Below, one piece after another: positions 28,407 to 36,315 of a stretch of 64,000 nt of DNA (positions are counted from its first letter, which is position 1; the number at the start of each line of letters is the position of its first letter). Below the pieces are notes generated by a model, which searched no databases, had not been told where the DNA came from, and saw nothing but the letters and a program-made list of their open reading frames with translations. The translations under genes and the position numbers were made by a program. The stretch is from Planctomycetota bacterium (GTDB lineage: Bacteria > Planctomycetota > B15-G4): NCBI GenBank assembly GCA_038212275.1, contig JBBQUR010000007.1, positions 96,001 to 160,000 of the forward strand, written 5' to 3'.

Positions 28407-30379
28407 GGCGCGAGTGCCTCCGGTTCGCGACGGTCGCGCGTCGCGCCTGGCGCATGCCCCGTCCGCGCCGCCGACGACTGCCCGGACGGCTCGTGGCGCG
28501 GCTGCGCAGCCGGCGCCGCGACCGTTCCGTGCGACGACCCGAGCAGCGTGGCGTAGTGCCGCAACGTCTCGTCGAGCATGCGCTGCAGGCCGAAGCGGTC
28601 ACGCACGAAGGCGTGACCGGCGCGCCCCATCTCCTGGCGCCGCACCGGATCGGACATCACCATGAGCACGCTGCGCGCGAGGCCCTCGGCGTCATCGCTG
28701 CGGTGCAGGAATCCCGTGGCGCCGTCGGCCACCGCATCCGGGGCGCCACCCACCGCCGTCGCGACGGGCGGACACTGCAACCACTGCGCCTCGAGCAGCA
28801 CGTTGGGCGTGCCCTCCACGGCGGAGGTGAGCAGCAGCGCATCGGCTGCGGCGATCAGGGCGGGCACATCGCGACGCTGACCGAGCAGCGACACCACGTC
28901 GTCCAGACCGCGAGAGCGAAGCATCCGCTCGAACTCGCCCTGCAACGGCCCGACGCCTGCAAGTGCGACCTTCAGCGAAGGCAGCTGCCGCTGGACCCGC
29001 GCCACGACGTCCAGGAAAAGCTCGGGCTGCTTCTCCGGAGCCAGCCGGAACACGCCGAGGAGGAGGGGCGCGCCATCCGGCGCGAGTCGTGCGCGCAACT
29101 CGGCGATCTCGGAGGCGGGCGGCGCGGCAAGCGCCGCGAGGTCCACGCCGTTGCGGATCACCGTGAAGCGCTCGCGCGGCAGCGCGAGCCAGCGCGCATA
29201 GTCCTCGGCACCCTGCTCCGAGTTTGCGCAGAAATGCACCTGCGGCAGCGTGGCGAGGAACGCGTACCACGGGTCCATCCACGACTGGTAGAAGCTGGGA
29301 AAGTGCGTCGGGTTGACGTTGCGCGTGGAGAGCACCACGTGCGGCATGCCGACCAGCGCGGCGGCAGCCGCACCGACGATGTTCGGGTAATCGAGCCAGC
29401 AGTGCAGCACGTCGGGCGGATCGGCGAGCAGTTCGCCGCACAGGTCGAGCACGGGGCTGCGCAGCACCTCGGGCAGGGCCCCGACGACGTCCGGCCCGAT
29501 GTCCAGGGCACGCAGGCGCGCGGCCACTCCGCGGCGCTCGACCAGGCCGGCCACCGAGGTCGGCACGCCGCCCTCTCGCAGCAGGTGCAGGTAGTGCGCA
29601 TTCTCGTCGGCGAGCGGGTAGGTGGTCAGCACGCGCACGGCATCTCCGCGCCGGCGCAGCGCAAGCGCGAGATTGCAGAGCTGGCGTTCGGCGCCGCCCG
29701 AGTTGAGCTGGCCGATGTAGAGCAGCACCGAGCGGCGTGCCGCAGCACGCGCTGCTCCGCCGGCGGTAGCGCCAGCGCCTTCCCGGCCCGGCAGCTCCCG
29801 CACGCCCACGCGACTGATGTGCGCTCGCCACTCGATTTCCCCGGGAAACGCAAGCGCATTGCGCTGCCTCAAGGCGAGGTGCGCGCTGCCGCGCAGCATG
29901 CGCCGTCGGTACCAGGCCATGGGACCGGAGCCACGCCAGTGCTCTGCAACGCGTGCAAGCGGCTTCGTCCACGCGACGCGCCGCATGCCCGACACGCGCC
30001 AGCCGGAGCCGTCACGCCACGCGAGCTGCCGCACGCCGTGGCGCGCGAGCTGCAGCAGCACGCGACCCGACGTGCCGGCCACGCCGTCGAGGAGCACCGC
30101 GCGCGTGAACGTGCCGTCGAGGTCCTTGAGCGTGGCGGCTGCGAGCGTGGGCGGCGGTCCCGGCTGCAGGCGGCCGAAGCTCACGCCCAGCGCCTGCGTC
30201 CGCGCCGGCGCACCGCTCACCACGAGCAGTCGCGCCGGAGAAGGGAACAGCGCGCGCGCCTGCCGCGGGGACAGAGTGCCCGTGGTCAGGACGACCCAGC
30301 CGGTGTCCGCAGGCAACGGAGGTTCGCCGGAGCTGCCGGTCTGCATCGCACGGACGAGCTCCGCATAGCAGCCCATCAC
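28403..30379 (-). CDS. GT4 glycosyltransferase with N-terminal extension
   Basis: GGAERQL, IRNGVD, RLAPEK and EGTPNVLLEA. Confidence 0.9.
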   Translation of the reverse strand: MMGCYAELVRAMQTGSSGEPPLPADTGWVVLTTGTLSPRQARALFPSPARLLVVSGAPARTQALGVSFGRLQPGPPPTLAAATLKDLDGTFTRAVLLDGVAGTSGRVLLQLARHGVRQLAWRDGSGWRVSGMRRVAWTKPLARVAEHWRGSGPMAWYRRRMLRGSAHLALRQRNALAFPGEIEWRAHISRVGVRELPGREGAGATAGGAARAAARRSVLLYIGQLNSGGAERQLCNLALALRRRGDAVRVLTTYPLADENAHYLHLLREGGVPTSVAGLVERRGVAARLRALDIGPDVVGALPEVLRSPVLDLCGELLADPPDVLHCWLDYPNIVGAAAAALVGMPHVVLSTRNVNPTHFPSFYQSWMDPWYAFLATLPQVHFCANSEQGAEDYARWLALPRERFTVIRNGVDLAALAAPPASEIAELRARLAPDGAPLLLGVFRLAPEKQPELFLDVVARVQRQLPSLKVALAGVGPLQGEFERMLRSRGLDDVVSLLGQRRDVPALIAAADALLLTSAVEGTPNVLLEAQWLQCPPVATAVGGAPDAVADGATGFLHRSDDAEGLARSVLMVMSDPVRRQEMGRAGHAFVRDRFGLQRMLDETLRHYATLLGSSHGTVAAPAAQPRHEPSGQSSAARTGHAPGATRDRREPEALAP

Positions 30380-32367
30380 GCGCCTCCCGCGGAAGCGTCA
30401 GCGGTCGTTCCCGTCGCAGCCGCCGGCGACGGGGCGAGCCGGGGCTCGCTCAGCGCCATCGGGTCCCTCGGAACGAGCGGCGCGGTCGCCGGGATCGCGG
30501 CCTGGCTGCGGAGCCACGCCTCGAGCATGAGCACCGTCCACGTCTGGAAGATCGAGAAGCAGCCGGGCTGTCGCTGATGTTCCACGAACTGGCGCAGGCC
30601 ATCGCGGTCGAGAATATCGCCGGCGCGGCCGTCGCGCGCGAGCAGGAGCTCGTCGCACAGGTTCAGCATTTCTGAGGAGGTCCACGCCCCGCCGGGCAGG
30701 CCGAAGCCGAGCTTCCTGCGCTCGCAGTGTTCGCGCGGCAGATAGCGCGCGGCGAGCGTTCGCAGCACGGGTTTGGACAGGCCCTGCTGCCACACCAGCT
30801 CCGCGGGCAGGGACTCCGCGTGGCGGGCCACCGCGACGTCGAGCAACGGGCAGCGAACCTCGAGCGCGAAGGCCATGCTCATGCGATCCACCTTGGCAAG
30901 CACCGCGCCCGGCATGTAGGTGTCCGCGTCGATCTCGCGCAGGCGGTGGATGAGCGGACGGCTGTCGTCATCGATGCGCGCGGCCCAGCTCTCGAACAGG
31001 CCTCGTGCGTGCGCGAAGCCGGCCGGGCCGGTCAGCGCGCCGACCTCGTCGGGCGAGAGCATGAACCAGCGCGGCCCGCAGTAGGCCTCGCCGGCCTTCC
31101 AGGCGCGGCGCTGGCGCAGCAGCCACAGCGTGCGGCGCCTCCAGTCGGCCTCCTCGTCGAGCGTCTCGCGATAGCGGCCGTAGCCGCCGAAGAGTTCATC
31201 GCCGCCATCACCCGAGAGCGTGACCGTGACGTGCTCGCGCGTGAACCGGGACAGCAACCACGTGGGCAGGCAGGAGCTGTCGCCGAGCGGCTCGTCGAGG
31301 GCCGCCGCGATGGCGGGCAGCAGGTCCAGCGCGGCGGGCTTCAGCAGTTGCTCGTGGTGCTCCGTGCCGAGCGCCTCCGCGGTCTGTCGCGCCAGCTCGT
31401 GTTCGGATTCCGGCGAGCCTTCGAAGCCGATGCTGAAGCTGTGGAGCGGGCGCCCCAGCTCGCGCGTGACCATCGCGCAGACGAGCGCCGAATCGATGCC
31501 TCCGGAAAGGAAGGCTCCCAGCGGCACGTCGCTGCGCAGGCGGCGCTCCACGGCGCCGAGCAGGACGGGGAGCAGCTCGTCCGCGGCGCGCTCCAGGGTG
31601 TCGGCGCCCGTGCGCGCGTAGGGCGTGCTGGCCACGTGTCCGCCCTGCGGCTGCCAGCGGAAGTGCCGGCCGTCCGTGCGCTGCGGCGACTGCCGGCCGC
31701 AGTCGAAGGCCAGCCAGCTCCCGGGCAGCAGCTTCTCGCAACCGCGCCAGATCGTGCGCGGCGCGTGGATGTACTGCAGGAGCAGGTATTCCGACACGGC
31801 GTCGGGATCGATCTCCGCGCGGAAGCCGGGGATCGCGCGGAAGGCGCGCAGTTCCGACGCGAACGCGACATAGCCTCGGCCCTGCGCCCAGCCGTCGCTC
31901 ACAGCGACATGCAGCGGCTTCTTGCCGAACGGATCCCGCGCGAGGAAGAGGCGGCGCGTCGTCGCGTTCCAGGTCGCGAAGGCGTACATGCCCGAAAGGC
32001 GCGCCAGGTTGGTCGGCTGTCCGCTCGCGAAGAGGTACAGCAGCGACTCCGCGTCGCTCTCGCTGCGGAACGGATAGCCGCGCGCGGAGAGTTCCTCGCG
32101 CAGCAGGTGCTCGTCGTACAGCTCGCCGTTGAAGGTCAGGCCGACGAGACCGTCGGGCGTGAGCATCGGCTGGCGGCCGCGCTCGGAGAGGTCGAGGATC
32201 GAGAGCCGCCGGTGCGCCAGGGCGCAGCTACCGGTGGGATCGAGCCAGACGCCTGCGTCATCCGGCCCGCGATGCGTCAGCGTGTCGCGCATCGCCGTGG
32301 CGATGGCGAGCAATTCGGGCCCCGCGAAGTGGCCGCCCATCGAGACGATGCCCGCGATGCCGCACAT
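30376..32367 (-). CDS. asnB: Asparagine synthase-family glutamine amidotransferase
   Basis: MCGIAG Ntn Cys, HRGPD, RDPFGKKPL, FLSGGIDS, LSGDGGDELFGGY and KVDRMSMA. Confidence 0.93.
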   Translation of the reverse strand: MCGIAGIVSMGGHFAGPELLAIATAMRDTLTHRGPDDAGVWLDPTGSCALAHRRLSILDLSERGRQPMLTPDGLVGLTFNGELYDEHLLREELSARGYPFRSESDAESLLYLFASGQPTNLARLSGMYAFATWNATTRRLFLARDPFGKKPLHVAVSDGWAQGRGYVAFASELRAFRAIPGFRAEIDPDAVSEYLLLQYIHAPRTIWRGCEKLLPGSWLAFDCGRQSPQRTDGRHFRWQPQGGHVASTPYARTGADTLERAADELLPVLLGAVERRLRSDVPLGAFLSGGIDSALVCAMVTRELGRPLHSFSIGFEGSPESEHELARQTAEALGTEHHEQLLKPAALDLLPAIAAALDEPLGDSSCLPTWLLSRFTREHVTVTLSGDGGDELFGGYGRYRETLDEEADWRRRTLWLLRQRRAWKAGEAYCGPRWFMLSPDEVGALTGPAGFAHARGLFESWAARIDDDSRPLIHRLREIDADTYMPGAVLAKVDRMSMAFALEVRCPLLDVAVARHAESLPAELVWQQGLSKPVLRTLAARYLPREHCERRKLGFGLPGGAWTSSEMLNLCDELLLARDGRAGDILDRDGLRQFVEHQRQPGCFSIFQTWTVLMLEAWLRSQAAIPATAPLVPRDPMALSEPRLAPSPAAATGTTADASAGGA

Positions 32368-34436
32368 CAGCCCGACGAGCTCCTCGCCGTCGCGTTCAAG
32401 CCCGCAGCCGCGCGCAGCGCCGCCAGATCCGTGAAGGCGCCGTAGCGCCCGCGCCGCGCGACGTCCGCGCGCTCCGCGAGCGTCTGCTCGACGGCCCCGT
32501 CCACAAGCAGGCCCTTGCGCGCCAGCGCCTCCTGCGCGGCGCGTTCGTGGTAGCGCTTGAAGATCTCGCCGGGCTCCAGCGGGTGGAGGCCGTCGGGAGT
32601 CGGCAGTCCACGGTTGGCCACCGCGATGTTGCGTGGCCGGAACAGCGGCGCGAACGCCGGCACGGCCAGGTGCAGCATGGCGGGCATCTCGGCCCAGCCA
32701 TTCACGTCGATCGGCACGAGGCGGCTGTCGCAGAAGCTGTCGAGATCGATGACGCCCATCGGTTCGAGCAGGTCGTGCACGAGATACCAGCCGACGCGCG
32801 CACCGAACGACAGCGCATCGAGCGGAAGCTGAAGCACGTACTCGCCCGCACCCTTGAATGCGACGTAGCTCAGCGGGTGCTCGGGGGCGCCCTCACTCGC
32901 CACGATGAGGCCCGGACAACGCATGTGCCGAAGCGCGTCGTGCGGATCGGTGACCAGCACGCGCAGCGGGAAGCGGCGCGCGTATGTCCGGCCCGCCTCC
33001 GCGAGGATGCCGTCGAGCACGTCCAGCATGCCGGCAGGATCCACGCGATCGAGCGACCGGCAGCCCGCGGCGCGCGCCTCGCGCAGCACGTCCCGCGCCT
33101 CCGCGAGCGCGGCGCCCCATCCGCGCGTCTGCGCGGCGAAATCCGTGAAGACGTCGAGCCGCTCCGTGACCGGGTACACCACCACCGGCGAGAGATTGAG
33201 TCCGATGTCATGCTCGATCGCGAAACGCAGGTTGAAGGGCAGCTCGAGCAGATTCGACTTCACGACGATCATGCCGACGCTGAAGACGCGCTTCGGCGCG
33301 TCGTACTCGCCGACGGCGCGCAGCACGTTCTCGAGCACCGAGCTGAAGCGTGCCCCGGCGCGCAGGCGCCCGAAGCTGGCCGGCAGGAAGCTGTCCATCG
33401 AGACGCTCGCATTGACGCGCGGGAAGCGCCGCAGCTTCTCGAGCTCCGCGGCGTCAAGCATGGTGCCGTTGCTCGTGAAGCCGAAGGTCAGGTTCGGGTT
33501 GTGCTCCGTGCGATAGCCGTCCACGAATTCGCGGAAGCGGCGGATGAGGTACGGCTCGCCGCCATGCCAGATGAACTGGTGCAGGTACGGCACGTGCGCC
33601 AGCACGTCCACCTCGGTCTCGGCGCGGTGCTGCACCTTCGCGCTGCGCACCGTGTTCTGGCTGCACGCGGGACAGTCGATGTTGCAGTCGGCCGTCCCGA
33701 TGAACGAGATCATGCTCGGCCTGGAGGCGACCTCGCTGCGCCCGGCCCGGTATTCCTCGAACGCCAGCAGCAGGTTGCGCCCCGACGTCGAGTCGCGCTC
33801 GAGCGTGGCCAGCAAGACGCGGTGGTCGCGCCAGCGCAACTCGTAATGACGTCCGTTGGTGACCGGGTCGCTGCCGTCGGTCGTCGAGAAGTAGAGCGTC
33901 TTGCCCCACACGGAGTAGCGCCCGCCGCCCTGCGTGCGGATCGCATCGTGCGGGCAGTCGGGCAGCGGCAGCGGCGCGTCGTCCTCGAAGAGCAGCGCCG
34001 GCTCGGCGGGCGCCTCGGCTGGCGCAGATGCTCGGCCGGCAGCGAGCGCGGCGCGGAAACTCTCGGGAATGGTGGCGACCCAGCAGCGGCCGGTCTCCGG
34101 TGCGAAGGCCGCGGGCCAGCTGAAGCCCGGGTAGCTTCCGTTGCCCCAGCTCCAGGCGACGCACTTGTGGCAGGGAGTGCCCTGCGTCGCGCCGCTCGCG
34201 TTGGCACGTCGCAGTTCCTGCCAGGCGGCGCCGTTCCAGATCTCGTCGAGGCTGTTCGCGTTCGTGTTGCCCAGCGGCTTGCCGCTGTTGCCGTATCCGC
34301 TCCAGAAGCAGCACGGCACGACCTCGCCGGTGAGGTCCACGATCATCTGCTGCCACGGGTAGGCGCAGACCGAAGCGGCCGCCGGATCGTCGCCGTTCGC
34401 GGCCGACGGCGTTTCGCCCGGCTCGCCCGTCAGCAC
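32367..34436 (-). CDS. Radical SAM protein with N-terminal SPASM/twitch domain and an inserted unnamed domain
   Basis: CAYPW..GEVVPCC..LGN...LDEIWNG...CHKC; CNIDCPAC; GGEPY; TSNGT. Confidence 0.88.
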   Translation of the reverse strand: MLTGEPGETPSAANGDDPAAASVCAYPWQQMIVDLTGEVVPCCFWSGYGNSGKPLGNTNANSLDEIWNGAAWQELRRANASGATQGTPCHKCVAWSWGNGSYPGFSWPAAFAPETGRCWVATIPESFRAALAAGRASAPAEAPAEPALLFEDDAPLPLPDCPHDAIRTQGGGRYSVWGKTLYFSTTDGSDPVTNGRHYELRWRDHRVLLATLERDSTSGRNLLLAFEEYRAGRSEVASRPSMISFIGTADCNIDCPACSQNTVRSAKVQHRAETEVDVLAHVPYLHQFIWHGGEPYLIRRFREFVDGYRTEHNPNLTFGFTSNGTMLDAAELEKLRRFPRVNASVSMDSFLPASFGRLRAGARFSSVLENVLRAVGEYDAPKRVFSVGMIVVKSNLLELPFNLRFAIEHDIGLNLSPVVVYPVTERLDVFTDFAAQTRGWGAALAEARDVLREARAAGCRSLDRVDPAGMLDVLDGILAEAGRTYARRFPLRVLVTDPHDALRHMRCPGLIVASEGAPEHPLSYVAFKGAGEYVLQLPLDALSFGARVGWYLVHDLLEPMGVIDLDSFCDSRLVPIDVNGWAEMPAMLHLAVPAFAPLFRPRNIAVANRGLPTPDGLHPLEPGEIFKRYHERAAQEALARKGLLVDGAVEQTLAERADVARRGRYGAFTDLAALRAAAGLNATARSSSG

Positions 34437-34523
34437 CTTGTTCGCCCGGTGCGCACCGCCCGGACCCCACCCGTCGCGCCATCACGCGCCCGGCGCGCGG
34501 CTCTCCCGGCAGCAGTCCCGCCG

Positions 34524-35339
34524 CTACACGAAATTGCCGAAAAAGACCTTGAGCCGATCGAAGGCACGGTAGCTCACCCCTGCGACGAGGAACGAAAGCA
34601 CTGTAACAACAAGCCACGACCACGGGTGTGCGAACGTGCCCCAGAAGAGGCAGTCGCGCATCACGTTCATGTAGTGGGTGAACGGGTTGAGCTGCAGCAT
34701 CCACTGCAGCGGAGCCGGCAGCCCCGCGACCATCGCCGGCGGGTAGAACGCGGGTGTCAGGTAGATGCCGAGCGTCGTGAACACGGCCACGACCTCTTTG
34801 GCGTCGCGCAGGAAAACCGACAGAGCGCCCAGGGCGAGCGCGACGCCCAGCATCCCGAGCCCCTGCAGCAGCAGCACCAGCGGCAGCAGCGCCCAGCTGC
34901 CCAGGCCTTCCTGGAAGCGCACGACCACATAGATCAGCAGCACGGCGATGCCCACGAGCTGCGGCACCATCGCCGCCAGCACGGTCTTCACCGGCAGCAC
35001 TTCGGCCGGGAAGTCCGCCTGCTTCACGAGGCTCGCGCCGCCGATCACGGATGAGCAGCCGTTGTTGAGCACCGCCGCCCAGGCGGACCACGACAGCAGG
35101 CCCGCGATCAGGTAGGCGATCATGTCGAGGCGCGGTGCATCGTCGCCGGCAAAGCGGATCTTGATGATGAAGTTGAACACGACGACGTAGACCAGCGTCT
35201 GCAGCAGCGGGTGCAGCAGTGCCCACGCCACACCGAATCCCGATCCGGCGAAGGGCGCGAACAGCTCGCGGCGCGTGAGCCCCAGCGCCAGCTCGCGGTG
35301 GCGCCGCAAGCTGCGGAACAAGCCGGCCAGCCCGATCAT
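34524..35339 (-). CDS. wzm: Polysaccharide ABC exporter permease
   Basis: GS.FG.AWALLHPL, LRD....V, TP.FYP and NPFT motifs; about six TMs. Confidence 0.92.
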   Translation of the reverse strand: MIGLAGLFRSLRRHRELALGLTRRELFAPFAGSGFGVAWALLHPLLQTLVYVVVFNFIIKIRFAGDDAPRLDMIAYLIAGLLSWSAWAAVLNNGCSSVIGGASLVKQADFPAEVLPVKTVLAAMVPQLVGIAVLLIYVVVRFQEGLGSWALLPLVLLLQGLGMLGVALALGALSVFLRDAKEVVAVFTTLGIYLTPAFYPPAMVAGLPAPLQWMLQLNPFTHYMNVMRDCLFWGTFAHPWSWLVVTVLSFLVAGVSYRAFDRLKVFFGNFV

Positions 35340-36256
35340 GCCTCGCCTGCCACGGGCGGGACGCGGCCGCGCAGCAGCGGCTCCACACGTGTCAGCACTC
35401 CGAGCAGGCGCCGCTCGGCGGCCGGGCGATGACGCTGGAACCAGAGCGCGCGGCCCTCACGCACGTGGCCTTCGATGCGAGGCTCGCGCCGGCGCCCGGC
35501 GTGCGGGTGATGGTGGCTCAGGCGCACGGCCGGAACGTAGTGCGTGGTCCACCCGCGCTGCAATGCGCGCGCCGCCAGGTCCACATCCTCGTAGTAGAGG
35601 AAGAAGGCCTCGTCGAAGCCGCCGAGCGTGCGGAAGGTTTCCGCGCGGACGAAGACGCAGGCGCCGGTGACCCAGTCGACGCGGCCGGCGCGATGTGCGC
35701 TGCGCGATAGGTAGGGCCGCGCTGCGGCCGGAAGCGGAAGCCGCGCCAGCAGGCGCCGCAACGTGGGGAAGCTGCCTGCGGACGGCAGCCACTGCCCGCG
35801 GCTGTCGTGCAGCGCGGGGCCCAGCAGGCCGGCATCGCGTGGCGCGGCGGAGAGCGCGTCCGGCAGCGCCGCGAGGCCGCCGCCCGACAGCGAGAGGTCC
35901 GCGTTGCTGCACGCCAGCCAGCGCCCGCCGGCCAGGGCCGCCGCGCGGTTGAGCGCCGCGCCGTAACCGACATTGCGCGGCAGCTCGAGCACGACGGCGT
36001 CCGGCGCCAGGTGCCTCGCCAGACTGGCAGAACCGTCGGACGACGCGTTGTCCGCGATGATCAGCTCGCAGCGCAGGCCCTGCGCGCCGAGGTCGGCCAG
36101 TGCCGCGCGGAGCGCCGGCAACAGCAGGGCAAGGTCGGAGGCACTGTCGTGGCTGACGACCAGCCAGGACAGCGCGAGCTCTCCGGCCCCGGCATTCAGC
36201 ATGAGCACATCTCCGGCGACGGACGCCGCGGCGGGCCGCGGCGCAGATCGCGCCAA
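35336..36256 (-). CDS. GT2 glycosyltransferase
   Basis: DNASSDGS, NVGYGAALN, VDWVTGAC and GGFDEAFFLYYEDVDL. Confidence 0.9.
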   Translation of the reverse strand: MARSAPRPAAASVAGDVLMLNAGAGELALSWLVVSHDSASDLALLLPALRAALADLGAQGLRCELIIADNASSDGSASLARHLAPDAVVLELPRNVGYGAALNRAAALAGGRWLACSNADLSLSGGGLAALPDALSAAPRDAGLLGPALHDSRGQWLPSAGSFPTLRRLLARLPLPAAARPYLSRSAHRAGRVDWVTGACVFVRAETFRTLGGFDEAFFLYYEDVDLAARALQRGWTTHYVPAVRLSHHHPHAGRRREPRIEGHVREGRALWFQRHRPAAERRLLGVLTRVEPLLRGRVPPVAGEA

Positions 36257-36315
36257 GGATGCGTCATTGCGGCGCGGCGCTCAACACGGCGCGCCGCGCA
36301 TCGCGAGCCGGGACC

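Noticed and set aside
30376..34436. AsnB plus radical SAM/SPASM as a lasso peptide or RiPP cluster
   Set aside because: AsnB keeps an intact Ntn glutaminase domain; there is no precursor, RRE or peptidase; the context is polysaccharide export.
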